In this document: piece by piece, positions 24,906 through 38,776 of the stretch
Position numbering within the stretch: position 1 is the stretch's first letter
How the letters are laid out: every line of letters begins with the position of its first letter
Source of the DNA: Octopus vulgaris
Taxonomy: Eukaryota
DNA: 64,000 nt
Reading direction: 5' to 3'
Assembly: GCA_951406725.2 (NCBI GenBank)
Contig: OX597814.1
Span: 192,510,001 to 192,574,000, forward strand
Notes under the pieces: generated by a model
The model's input: only the letters and a program-made list of their open reading frames with translations
The model's database searches: none
What the model was told of the DNA's origin: nothing
Program-made: the position numbers and the translations under genes

Positions 24906-25521
24906 TGACTCGACATTTACTTTCTAACTTTAATACACACACATACACGTGTGTGTGCGTGTGTACACATACAGGTTTTACATTTGAGTGAGAAAAAGTA
25001 TCTTAGACACAACAGGAAGGTCAGATATGATGGGCCTATTATAAAGAGGGGTCAAGAACAAATATAGTCATCAGAACTCTTAGTTTACAAGTATATCACT
25101 CACATCGCCTTTGTAGTCTCTATCCTGACAAGTACATTTGGTTTTCTGAATTGGCTACTGCAAAAACTTATCAAGATGAATGTAAGAACTTAAAACCTGC
25201 TCAGTGTTAGAGGAATTTTGAATATACTTCAGCCAAGGTAACTCAGTTAGGAATGGCAGACAGACAAGATCTGGTGACAAAGAAGTGGACAAGGAAACAG
25301 AACACAGTAATACGTTGATGTCAGGCACGATTCAGTATCAGATGAGTTTGTCAGCCAGGCCTACCAAATACTAAGAATTAACAGCACGGACGACCCAACT
25401 CCTAGTAGCTGACACTTAGATTCACTCACTTTTCTCTGTCTCTCTGTGTAGATCTTTCTCATTTGCACATAACTACAGAATCTGTCCAACCAAACCACTG
25501 CACAGGAAAAAAAAAACTTTC

Positions 25522-25554
25522 GGCGATCTTACGGTTCTGAACCGTAAGATCGCC
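25522..25554. mobile_element. 33-bp TIR-only mini-element with 8-bp TSD
   Basis: aaactttc|GGCGATCTTACGGTTC-t-GAACCGTAAGATCGCC|aaactttc. Confidence 0.75.
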
Positions 25555-27239
25555 AAACTTTCTTGCGCAACTCTTTCGTTCCTCATAGGGTTTTCGTGTT
25601 CGATACATTTGACAATAAACTTATGAATCGAATACAACTCCTCTTATCCATTCATCTATCTTTCCATTCACCTCATTGTTAACGTAGTAACTCCACACGT
25701 TTATTCATGTCTTAAGTTGGTGACCATTTCATATTCATGCCATATGTTAAATAAGTTTTAAAAAACTATATATGTGGTGGCCTACGAATGTTATCGCGTT
25801 AAACGAGTTAAAGAATAAACACATTTAATAATGAATGGTGTGCTGCTATCTACCATGTTAAGTTAACTTACAAAAAATAAATTGAATTACAGCGATATTC
25901 TATTTTAAGGTTCATAATCGCGATACAAGTTTCTTATTATACTCTGCAGAAGAAGAAAAAATAAACTTAATATATAAGAAAGTTTAGAAATGTCAGGACA
26001 CTTCAATATACTTATTCAACAGACATTCTGAGTAATGATGGGGAAATTTAGAAGTTCAAAACGTATTTTCCTTATTTATTTAATATTTCACAATAACTTT
26101 CTGTTGAGTAATAAAGATGGGGTCATTTTGAAGTGAAAATTAGGAACACTTTCAAAGAACATGTTTCTTTCTTTCTGGTTCTGGAGTTTTATGGTAATTC
26201 TGTTATTAAGTTTTTGTTTTTTTTTAAAGATATTTCGGGATATTCCTTGTAAAAATTAGAACAGAAACTGTATTTAGTAAATAAACAATAATATAAAGAA
26301 TTTTGTCATAGTATTTTAAAAACGACTAACACGAAATTTAAATAGTGCCTGCGTGTGCGTGTTTTCTAGGGTTACATGCAGACTCGAGTATTCTACAGGT
26401 CCCATTTTAATTATATTTAATCCTGAGAGTTATAATTATTAAAGACCATACAGTTTTTAAGTTGTCCCGAAAACGTAATTGTACTGACTTTTATTTGAAA
26501 TACAACATAAGAAAAAAAGTATAATCTATTTCTAAACGGTAGTATTTAAGAAAACAAAAAACAAACAAAACAATAAATGTAAAATGACTGTGAGAAACTA
26601 AGATTCGTGGCATTTTAAATTCCAGATACATCGCTGAGGGGAAAAGAATATATATACACACGCACACATGCAATCCAAATAAACTGAATACACGTTTGTG
26701 CTGATGTTCATCCAAAAGTTCGGATTCATTCATAAAACGGCCATTCACTAAATTGAATCACTACAAAAATTGCTTTACTACCCCCCATCTAAACGAACTT
26801 ACAAGTCGATGCGGGAATCCCCATGCGTGCAAGAAATAGCAGCCAAATTTCTATTAACTTACACTAACCGTATTAAAAACTGAAGATGAATTAGATAATA
26901 TAGAATTAAATATAGAATGCTGAAAAAAAATTAATGACGAACTGAACAAGGTTGGCACGTTTTTTATCATAATCTGACTCGGTCACGGTTGACCTGGGGC
27001 TAAAGAATAACAACAACACGTGAACTTTCGAGTTTACATGATTGTAATCCAACGTACAACAGAAATTGCATAAACACATTTAAATAAAACTCATCCGATA
27101 ACATAAACAAATATATATAAATATTTAAGTCGTACGTCACTATGACGTTTACAAGCAGGAGTATATGTATAAATAGATATAGATATAAATATAAAGATAG
27201 ATAGGTAGATATAGATAGATACATGTTTAAAGTTCATAC

Positions 27240-27319
27240 CTAAAGACATTAGGTTCCACACATGTCATCGCCAACAACTCATCAAGATACTTCTCTGGAT
27301 CGAATCCTTGTATATCCAT
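27240..27319 (-). CDS. ACOT8: Acyl-CoA thioesterase 8-like (TesB family), coding exon 1: MDIQGFDPEKYLDELLAMTCVEPNVF(R)
   Basis: ATG at 27319 with an in-frame upstream TAA. Exon ends TTTAG|gtatga (80 nt, phase 2) and joins exon 2 in frame to give FRG, matching the ACOT8/TesB N-terminal LxLExLxxxxFRG pattern. Confidence 0.8.
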
Positions 27320-28164
27320 GGACTCAGCGTGTACTGTTGGTGACGATACCACTTCTATTACTGTTAATATTATTATGAAGTATTCCGTTTAATAACAACG
27401 ATCGAGCGATGTCGGTTCAGAAATATGAAAAATGATGATAATTTTCGCTAGTAACAAGAAATGACATTTAAATGTGCAATGGCCGACGCTGCAGTAAACA
27501 TTATATTTCGCTGTCAGATGGAGGATGTGCTGAGAGCTGATCTCGTTAACATGTACAGCTTGCGAACACAGAATCTACCGTCAGTAGCAACATAGCGAGT
27601 AAAAGATATTCAGCTATGTAGTTAAGATATTGCCTACTTGCTGGGAACATACAATTAGTTTCACTGGCAAATACAAACATAACAGCTTACGATATTTCGC
27701 CTACAGAGATTCAAGTTTGAAATAAGGGGTGGGTAGCCTATGACCTACAAAATCTAAATATGACCTACCGCGTGAAGCGCTTCTAAATTACACATAAATG
27801 GTATATAAATACATATAGAGAGAGAACACAGTATGTGATGTAATGTGATGTGTGCATGTGTGTGTACATGTGTGTATATGGGTGTGTGTGTGTGTACGCG
27901 TATTTCTACGCCTACATGGAGATACGATCGTATGGGTATGCATGTATGTATGAATGCACGTATGTATGTGCGTAAGTGTAAGTGTAATATATACTTACAC
28001 ACACATACATACATACATATATATTCCTATCATACACATACACACACAACACATATATACAAATATATAGATATATACATATATATATGTGTGTGTGTGT
28101 GTGTGGTAAGAATTCATACATATGTATATGGTAAGAATTTAAATATATGTATATTTATACATAC

Positions 28165-28648
<484 letters not shown>

Positions 28649-28653
28649 GAAGG

Positions 28654-28749
28654 AGCTTCTACAGGACTAGAACTGTTTCATTCAAGAGAAATCTTCAGGA
28701 AGCTTCCTGAAGATTTCTCTTGAATGAAACAGTTCTATCCTGTAAAGCT
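28654..28749. ncRNA. Two family F hammerheads back to back (28654..28704 minus, intact; 28701..28749 plus, two 1-nt deletions) sharing the AGCT pivot
   Basis: Same 51-nt motif as 7667..7717; palindrome centred on gaagcttc. Confidence 0.75.
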
Positions 28750-28832
28750 CCTTCTATATAATAAATTAATTTTACTCTGCTATGTATTGAGTACCTTATT
28801 TACTGTGGTTAACCCCGAATCAACCCGGGACC

Positions 28833-28863
<31 letters not shown>

Positions 28864-28909
28864 GGTAAGAATTTAAATATATATATATTTATACATTCTT
28901 ACATATATG

Positions 28910-28944
<35 letters not shown>

Positions 28945-29385
28945 GTGTGTGTATGTGTATATATATATATATATATATTTATGTATATATATGTATATAT
29001 ATAAATGTATAAATGTGTGTCTTGTATGTATGCATGTATATGTATGTATGCAAGTATTTAAATGTGTGTGTGTGAGTGAGTGAGTGCATGTGTGTATGTG
29101 TGGATGTTACATGTATATAGAATCATTATAAGTATACACTTAAATAGATATATACATAATATTTGTGTAGATGTGTATGTATGTATATATTCTTTTACTT
29201 GTTTCAGTCATTTAACTATGGCCATGCTGGAGCACTGCCTTTAATAGAAGAAATCAACCCCAGGACTTTTTCTTTGTAAGCCTAGTACTTATTCTATCGG
29301 TCTCTTTTGCTGAACTGCTAAGTTACAGGGACATAAACACATCAACATCAGTTGTCAAGCGATCGTGGGGAGGAGGGACAAACAC

Positions 29386-29427
<42 letters not shown>

Positions 29428-29575
29428 TCTACATACATTTATTTTAAACTAATATATGTATGTGTGTATATATACAACCGGGTTACACATTTATCTATGC
29501 ACATATTACACACAACACACCCAGACACACACACATATATGTATATATCATGTATATATCATGTATAAATGTATA

Positions 29576-29619
<44 letters not shown>

Positions 29620-30338
29620 TGCAGGAGTAGCTGTGTGGTAAGTAGCTTGCTTTCCAGCCACATGGTTCCGGGTTCAGTCCCACTGCATGGCACCTTGGTC
29701 AAGTATCTTCTACTATAGCCTTGGGCCAACCAAAGCCTTGTGAGTGGATTTTGTAGACGGAAACTGAAAGAAGTCCATCGTATATATGCATATATATATA
29801 TGTGTTTGTATTTGTGCGTTTGTGTTTGTCCCCCCAACATCACTTGACAACCGATGTTGGTGTGTTTACATCCCCGTACCTTAGCGGTTCGGCAAAAGAG
29901 ACTGATAAAATAAGTACTAGGCTTACAAAGAATAAATCCTGGGGTCTATTTGCTCAACTAAAAGCAGTGCTCCAGCAATGGCCACAGTCAAATGACTGAA
30001 ACTAGTAAAAGAGAGAGAGAGTATTCATATAAATTGTACTTTGTTAAACAACTCGATGTAAATACAATGTAAAAAAGTAGTCAGTTGTAGAAACTTTAAA
30101 CAAATAGAATTAATGTTTGACATCACCCCTTCCTTCCTTATTCATCTATCACCCCTTCCTTTCTCATTTATAAACACAAGAGTATTATTATAGTAGATTA
30201 TCTCGGACAGGCAAGCCAGGAGGCTGCATCAGGCTCCAATCTGATTTGGTAAGGTTTCTGCAGCTGGATACCCTTTCTAATGACAATCACTCTGAGAGTG
30301 TAGTGGGTGATGATGATGATGATGATGATGACGATGAC

Positions 30339-30376
<38 letters not shown>

Positions 30377-30704
30377 GTTAAGTGCTGAACTGAAAATAAT
30401 TGTTAAGTTATAAAATGAGAAGAAATATAATTAACATTCATCATAATAGGTCTCAAAAAATGCAAGAACACCACCACACTCTTTACCTTTTTGCTCTTTC
30501 ACTTTTGCTCCATTCTGGAGCACCGCCTTTAGTCGAGCAAATCGACCCCAGGACTTATTCTTTGTAAGCCAAGTACTTATTCTATCGATCTTTCTTGCTG
30601 AACCACTAAATTATGGGGGCGTAAACACACCATCATTGGTTGTCAAGTGATGTTGGGTGGACAAACACAGACACACAAACATATACACACACATACACTT
30701 TTTA

Positions 30705-30740
<36 letters not shown>

Positions 30741-30750
<10 letters not shown>

Positions 30751-31012
30751 TTCGAGACAAAACCACTATTTTGCAAAACAAACAAGGAAAGACTTAATCA
30801 ATGCATAAAAATTTTTAATATAAAGAAATTTAATATAAGAAATTTCTTTATATTAAAAATTTTTATGTATTGATTAAGTCTTTCCTTGTTTGTTTTGCAA
30901 AATAGTGGTTTTGTCTCGAATTAATATTATATAATATTTTACTATAAAATTGGATTTAATCCTAAATCTGATTTTTTCCCTGTAAATTTGGATTTATTCC
31001 CTAATATTTATT
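30741..31012. repeat. Fold-back palindrome (91-bp arms 30741..30930, 1 mismatch, 8-nt loop) plus one-sided tail, inserted in the (TA)n tract of a SINE
   Basis: Coordinate sum 61671; (TA)n on both sides. Confidence 0.9.
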
Positions 31013-31286
31013 ATATATATATATACATACATATATACGACGGGCTTCTCTCAGTTTTCGTCTACCAAATCCACTCACAAGGCTTTGGTTGGACGGTGGC
31101 TATAGTAGAAGACACTTGCCCAAGGTGCCATGCAGTGGGACTGAACCCAGAACCATGTGGTTGGTAAGCAAGCTACTTACCACACAGCCACTCCTACACA
31201 CAAAGTTAAAATTTTATTTATTAAGAATGTAAATAGTGTTCCGTTGGAGAGACTAGTGAGTCTGATTTATGGCAGTTATGATAACA

Positions 31287-31329
31287 ACTCCAGACATGTT
31301 TCAGGCTTATAGATTTTCTTCAGTGAAAC
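31287..31329 (-). ncRNA. Degenerate minimal hammerhead motif (family J)
   Basis: Minus strand gtttca-CTGAAGA-aaatctataagcct-GAAA-C-at-G-TC-tggagt. Helix III is the palindrome ACATGT (dimer type); stem II is poor. Confidence 0.5.
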
Positions 31330-31413
31330 TTAGGTCGCACAGTGGCTACAGTAGTCTTAAACCAATAATGATCTGTTATGATGAAGAGACTGAGTGAGGA
31401 GCCCATTTGTGGT

Positions 31414-31455
<42 letters not shown>

Positions 31456-31481
31456 TGTGGTTATATATATATACATTTGTG

Positions 31482-31521
<40 letters not shown>

Positions 31522-31823
31522 AATTATTTTGGTAGTTTTGACTTTAAGAGTCCCTCCTAGTGTGTATAGTAATGCCCTCTATATAATATAAATAAATATA
31601 TTTAAGAGAAAAATTTGTAGATCTTTCTCTTATGAGGTTTTTCACACTAACTACTTGATAAATTCTTATAAAGATTTTATTCTATTTTTAAATTATATAT
31701 ATATAAAGAGAGAGAGAGAGAGAGAGAGAGATAATATACCATGTACTCACAGTGTATCACCAGACATCCCAGTGCTTTGCTATCTCTTCAGAGATACACA
31801 ATACACACACATACACACACACA

Positions 31824-31875
<52 letters not shown>

Positions 31876-32381
31876 ATGCACTCACATACATGTGCGTGTG
31901 CACATGCATACTTACACGCCCCCGCACACACACACAGACACATTTATATGACAAACTTCTTTCAGTTTCCATCTACCAAATCCACTCACAAGGGTTTATT
32001 ATTCTACCAAATATATACGTTTTATTTTTTTTTTTGCACATTACTTAATCATTGGTATATTTTTTATCTTATATTTAATATTTCTATTATATGTAATTTT
32101 CTAGATGGTGTAATTTAATTTTTCATTTTGAATTGATAAAAGGTGGTTTTTTTTCTAATTTATATATATATATGTATGTATATATAATATATATATACCC
32201 GTGTAAGCACATAAATGTGAAACAAGGTGAGGAAAATAGTACTCGAATTTTGGAGGTAGAGTAATATGATTTATTATTAAAGCTGCAAAAACATCACAAA
32301 AAACTGCTACTCAGAGTTTCATATTCCTGTCCATCGAGCAGTTGTAATCAAGAACTGCTTAATGAATGGGAACATGATTGC

Positions 32382-32423
32382 AACTGCCCGGTGAACAGGA
32401 AGGTGAAATTCTGAGTAGCAGTT
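32382..32423 (+). ncRNA. Decayed hammerhead motif (family I); inverted partner at 32302..32343
   Basis: aactgc-ccggtga-acaggaaggt-GAAA-ttctgag-TA-gcagtt. Perfect stem I, core mutated in both copies, plus a third partial copy aactgc-ttaatga near 32353. Confidence 0.5.
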
Positions 32424-32467
32424 TTTTGTGATATTCTTATGACATTTTTGCAGCTTTAATAATAATG

Positions 32468-32521
<54 letters not shown>

Positions 32522-32693
32522 TGTATGTATGTATGTATGTATGTATGTATGTATGTATGTATATGAAAAAAATTCAGAACAAGTGAGAGATAAAGTATTT
32601 ATTCCATATGTTTACAGCTGTTTCATAATCTGTATTCAGTTATATCATCGATGCTAAAGCACCCCCCACACACACACACGCACGCATGCACTT

Positions 32694-32732
<39 letters not shown>

Positions 32733-33073
32733 GCAAACATACACACGCGAGCACACACATATGCAAACATACACACATGCATATACCCATATAAATATAC
32801 TATGGAACACCGCTAAGCATTTCGCCCGGCATGCTAATGATTCTGCCAGCTCACCACCTTCTCATTCGATTATATTATGGGCATTAAAAGATTTGCTTTT
32901 AACTAAATATTTTAGGATTTTGAGGAGGATGGTGACGTTAATTATGTACCCTAAACTCAATTACTGTTTTATTTTGATAGATGTACACCCAGCGGAGAGC
33001 CTACTGTGAATATTACTTGATTCTTAGAATCCCTATTCGAGTTAAATATATGCATGTCTACAAATGTACATCC

Positions 33074-33184
33074 ATGTATGTATGCATGCATGTATGTATG
33101 TATGTATGTATGTATGTATGTATGTATGTATGTATGTATGCATGCATGTATCCATGGAATTATGTATGTATGTATGTATGTATG

Positions 33185-33216
<32 letters not shown>

Positions 33217-33288
33217 CATACATGTATCCATGCAATTATGTATGTATGTATATATGTATGTATGTATGTATGTATATATATATGTATG

Positions 33289-33322
<34 letters not shown>

Positions 33323-33421
33323 TGTATGTATGTATGTATGCATACATGTATCCATGCAATTATGTATGTATGTATATATGTATGTATGTATGTATGTATA
33401 TATGTATGTATGTATGTATGT
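33074..33421. repeat. (TATG)n microsatellite with higher-order catacatgtatccatgcaatt units
   Basis: Direct reading. Confidence 0.95.
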
Positions 33422-33559
33422 AAATATACATATTTTTTTGTAACTAGTTTCAGCCCCTAGAGTGAGATGTTGCTGGAGCACCATCATCAATGTTACCCTA
33501 GCCATGTTTCTGTTGTTGACTTTTAGTGAGGGTGGGAGTCTGATATCGCTGTCATTATA

Positions 33560-33870
33560 TGTATCAGCTACAAATCCTGTCGTCATGAGTTTTGCATGAC
33601 AATTCTTGATCGTCTTTGCATCAACTTGAGCATGTCTTCCTCTAATGGTCCTCTACTATCTTTGCACTTGAACGACTGATCTCCAAACTTCGTAACATGC
33701 AGCCAGCTGGGCACGCTCCTGCAGAGTAAGACATCCAACTATGTTTGTAGGACTTCTAAATTTCAAACAAAATAATTGATCTGAAAAAAAAAACAAATTT
33801 GAGAAAAAAATTGTAATAAATAAATAAATTATAAGTATTTTGAAATAGGAAGTTACTTTTCAATCATCCT
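33560..33870 (-). mobile_element. Tc1/mariner-superfamily 5' fragment (HTH N-terminus)
   Basis: Minus strand ta|CAGGATGATTGAAAAG end. LTLQERAQLAACYEVWRSVVQVQR...AKTIKNCHAKLMTTG resembles DUF4817-type transposase N-termini. Confidence 0.6.
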
Positions 33871-34479
33871 GTATATATATAATCAACTAACACTGCAGAA
33901 TTCTTGAAGAAAATATACCCCAATTGCAGATGCCATCAGGTAACCCAAACTGTACCGGTGCTTTACTCAACACATCAACACACTAACTGACGTATACTTA
34001 TTAGTCCAAAGTATTACACACACAGACGCACACACACACACACGTATATATAGTGATAGATATTCATTATTATTATTGTTGTTTTTGTTGTTGTTTAGGT
34101 GGCAAGCTGGCAGAATCGTTAGCACGCTGGGTTAAATGCTTAGCGGTATTTCACCCGTTGCTATGTTCTGAGTTCAAATTTCACTGTGGTTGACTTTGCT
34201 TTTCATTCTCTCGGGGTCGGTAAATTAAGTACCAGTGAAATACTAGGGTCGATGTAATTGACTAATCTCCTTCCACCAAGTTTCAGGCCTTGTGCCTATA
34301 GTAGAAAGGATTATTGTTGTTGTGGTTGTTGTTGTTTACATTTAATCTGCATGTTTGCTGCAATAACATACCAAATCACACCCAGCATCCTAGGGCAAGT
34401 GAAGGATAAGAGACGTTACAGTATGACTGAAAGCTTGGAGAGGGGAAGTGGCAGGGGCAATAGCGAAATATCTCCACAA

Positions 34480-35290
34480 CACAGACATTTAAATTTATAG
34501 GGGTTTTCTGAGGATGTGAGCAGAACTTGTTAGCACAATCTTTTGGATTTCTCTGAGCCATGGTTTTCCTGGGATGTTGTCTAGATGTTTCTGACATCCC
34601 TTTTTTTTATCATAACAAGAGTATCTACAATAATAGGAACAGTTCTTGCTTTGAGATGTCACATCTCTGGTGTTTCAATTTCTAGGTTCTTATATTTACT
34701 CAATTTGTCAAATTCCTTTACAGTTATATTTTTATCAATGTGAACACTAACATTTATTAGTCTACAGCTCTTTTCTTCCTTGTTTTTAATGACTATGTCT
34801 GGTCGATTAGCCTGGATTGTTCTGTTGGTGTTGACTAGAAAATCCCATAGGATGGTGACATTTTTACCTTCACCGACTATCTCAGGATGACGTTCATGTC
34901 ACTAAGCAGGAATGCCGATTTTGTAGTGTCTACATATTTTCCAACGTAAATACTGTCCTACACTAACGTGACGATTTTTGTATTCATTTGTTGTCAGTAC
35001 AGGACATTCTGAGACGAAATGGTCCACTGTTTCATCAGATGTGTCGCAGAATCTGCATTTAGGGTCAGTACCGTTTTGAAGAACGTTAGCCAGGTAGTTT
35101 CTGGTAAGTAGGCTTTGGTCTTGTACTGCCAGTCTGAAACTTTTAGTCTCTGCTATCAGTCCTGAACTTCTCGGTCACTGATGGGTTGTTACTTGGTCTA
35201 CATCGGCATTTTGACTTCAAAGAATATACTGTCCAGTCCATGCAGAGGCTTCTGATTCCACTACCCCTCAATTTGTTTCTGCTCGTTCTT
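34480..35290 (-). mobile_element. R4/Dong-clade non-LTR retrotransposon 3' fragment (restriction-like endonuclease)
   Basis: AVQDQSLLTRNY, CRFC...ETVDHFVSEC (CCHC knuckle), RH, ILWDF, NRPDIV and KY motifs. Confidence 0.82.
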
Positions 35291-36029
35291 TTTTAATTCT
35301 TTTTTGGTTCTTTCTTGTTTGTTATTATTATCATTATTATTAGTATTATTATTATTATTCGCAAGCAGGGCAAAATGCTTAGCGGTATTTCGTTTTCCTT
35401 ATGCTTGTCTCTTTTTTGTTATGGGAATGTTTTAGCAGAAAATTGCGTTAAAGACAAAATATTACGTGCAAAACCCCCAAAATGGACAAACAAATACAAA
35501 CAGCGAAATAAATATGTGTGATTTAATCCTCTTCCATAGTACAAATGTTATTTATAACATTGAAAAAATGTTTCTAGACCTAATACATAATAATTTCTTT
35601 AGCTTACACTGATACGCAAAGACTTTAGTAAAAATACAGTAAAAGTTAGTTATCAGTGCTTCGAAAAGTTTGGTATCCTAATGCAATGAATTAATAAAAG
35701 AAATTGTTCGAATGCAAACTCAACTCAAAAGCAAATACAAACACATTTCGGAGTCACTGTCAAAAATATTCAAGTTTAAGAATAATAAATATAATCTGTG
35801 TGCGTGCATAAAGCTTCAAACTTAGTCATCACTCACAAGTGAGTGGTACCTGATAGACAGACATTCTAGACACTAGTGTAGCTAGAGTGTGTGCCGCCTG
35901 GGGCGGCCCTTCCGTTTGCCGTCCCTGGGCCCCACAAAAAACACATATTGCCAACAGCAAACCCCAAAATGCTCACCCTCCCCAGCTATGCTAATGATTC
36001 TCGACCTTCCTATTCTTAGTCCTGCTCTG

Positions 36030-36449
36030 GGATCTTTTCGGTTTGAACGGCAGTTTTTAACATAATTTCTAAGCAACTAAAAAATTTTAAACTTCGTATA
36101 CTGGTAGAATGTGTTTATAAAACATCTTTTTCTCTTGGCTTTATTGAGAAAATTCTATAGTTTGTAAGATATTTGTCCATTTTTTTTCTTCAATTTCTTC
36201 AATTTCAACCAATCAGCGACGTCTATTGAGGTAAAAAAATGCATTCTGTGCCGTATGAATATGTTCCTCGTTTAAGAAACAGATTGGGTTTATTTACATT
36301 TGTGAAGAAAAAAAGATACCCTTCCCCCACTCCTAACCCTAACCCTAAAACAGATTGAAATGCAATAGATCGATACTAGGGTCATAATTATGGGTGACAA
36401 TTTCATATGACACTGCTAGAAAAAACTGCCGTTCAAACCGAAAAGATCC
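36030..36449. mobile_element. Merlin-type MITE with 8-bp TSD ctgctctg
   Basis: TIR GGATCTTTTCGGTTTGAACGGCAGTTTTT; TSD at 36022..36029 and 36450..36457; internal cctaaccctaaccctaa. Confidence 0.8.
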
Positions 36450-36854
36450 CTGCTCTGCAATGGTGCTCAGCTGGTATTCATTTGCAGTTGAGTAGACTGG
36501 AGTAGCGTGAAATGAAGTGCCTGTTGAAGGGCAAAACGCACCGCCTCATCAAAGAGTCGAACCAATGACTTTAAGACCGTTAGATATTACCCTAAAAACT
36601 CGGCAATGAACCTCGCTCTACATATACAAATACGCATACACATGCATCTATATACATGCACATACGTATGTACGTATGTACACTAGCGTAACTAGAACGT
36701 GTGCCGCCCGGGCGGCCCTTCAGTTTGCTGCCCCCGGACTTCATAGAAGACACATATTGCCTAGAGCAGACCCGAAAGTGGTTTCCCTTTAAAAGTGCCG
36801 CCCAGGGTGGACCATCACTACTGATCCCCCCACCTCACCCCCAGTACGCTAGTG

Positions 36855-37388
36855 CGTACATATATACATACACACACATATACATACATACATACACACA
36901 TAGATACATACATAAATACATACATACGTACATACATACATACATACATACATACGTACAAACATGCACGCACGCATACACACACATATATACTCATACA
37001 TGCATGTATGCACGCATACACACACGCTCACATACATACATACACATACATACATACATACATACATACATACATACATACATACATACACACATGCATG
37101 CATGCACGCACGCACACACACACACACATACATACATACATACATACACATACATACATACATACACACATGCATGCACGCACGCACGCACATACATACA
37201 TACATACATACATACATACATACATACATACATACATACATACATACACACATGCATGCATACACGCACGCGCGCGCACACACACACACACATACATACA
37301 TACATACATACATACATACATACATACATACATACATACATACATACACACATGCACGCACGCACACACACACATACATACATACATG
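36855..37388. repeat. (CATA)n/(CA)n microsatellite
   Basis: Direct reading. Confidence 0.95.
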
Positions 37389-38776
37389 CAAACCACAGCT
37401 GCATTAGACGAAGATTACCAATACAAATTAGTCCCATAAATGGAATCAGTGATGTGCGTCAATGTTATGAATACATTATTAATCATAAAAATACTGTATT
37501 AGTATTATAATTAACAGCGCATTCATAACAAGAAGACTCAACTCATTTATTTCTGCATTAATTATATTAACAATAACGTGCATACGAACAAAGCCAAACT
37601 TAGAAAAATCAGTTTGTCAGCAAATGTCATTTGTATTAAAACTATTATAACTACGAAGTACATTGCTCTCTGTTACTTGTTTAGCCAATTTTTGCTTTGG
37701 TGATGTACCATCCATAAATCAGGATTAAAAAAAAAATTGATGTTTCAATAATATAGAAATTCATCAAAAGGTCAACAAACTTTAAATCACTCTTTTTGCT
37801 TTTGCTGTGTAGATGACTAATGGTGACTAAACTACAGCGCAGACAGAAGTCATCACTCAACAACTATTAATAAAGATACAAGTGAACTACGCAAATACGT
37901 TATAGTACATCGTATATCTTTATTTGACTACGTCACTGGAATGAATATCTGAGAGATCAGAAGCTTTCTTTGCTATGGTTAACTATGAGGAAGAAGATTG
38001 TCATAGCAACAACACATTCAACAACAACAGTCCTTGGCATTTGCTTGAAATTATAAGCCTTAGCTTGTTATGCAGCCTCTCGCTATAGCGAGGAAAGTTT
38101 ATAGTTTGATCGCCTTTCCTTATAATCCTTCTAAGTTCCTTCGAAATTCTTTTGAAAATATGTGAATTTCCCGTTGTGCGCTTCCTGTTTTATAGAAAGC
38201 GAGCATATTTTTAAAGGAGCAATTTAAAAGGAACTCATAAGGAGTAAGAGTTGTACTGAAGAATTGTGGTGGCCACTGGTGGACTCTCCTGCCGTAAATG
38301 ACTGATGAGGGGTTCTGCAACTTGTGTGAACAACCTGTGAAGATGATTTGTTTCTGGAGATCAAAATGTTTGTGCTCTACATTGGGTCATTCCACCCATC
38401 AAATCGACATTATCTGTACAGCTGCGCCTTGTGCAACATGTCAGATGTCGAAGTGATTGCAGAGCAATAAGAAATTAGGGGTTTTGCAACGAGAAATGAA
38501 ATATTTCCCGGTCGGGAATCGAAACTACGATCCCGAAAGGGTGAGTGCAACACCCGAACCACTAGGCTGCCGCACGCCGTTACAACTGAAGGATTATTAG
38601 GAAAAGAGATCAACAATTTACTTTACTCGTTTTAGCGAGATGATGCGTGACAACCTAAAGTCTGCAATTAGAATTTTATACCAACGGCTATTATTGAATG
38701 TTTTGTTGTCGTGACAAACTTTATCCTTGTTGTCATGTTCACACTGCTGAAATCCTCCAGAAATCAGAGACTGTTA

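Noticed and set aside
37900-38400. Non-repetitive, CpG-containing stretch with CRE-like and X-box-like motifs and ORF 38120..38320
   Set aside because: No recognisable protein motif or consistent splice frame, and the motifs are too short to support a call.
38502-38577. tRNA-like sequence on the minus strand
   Set aside because: Degenerate SINE head; no complete cloverleaf.
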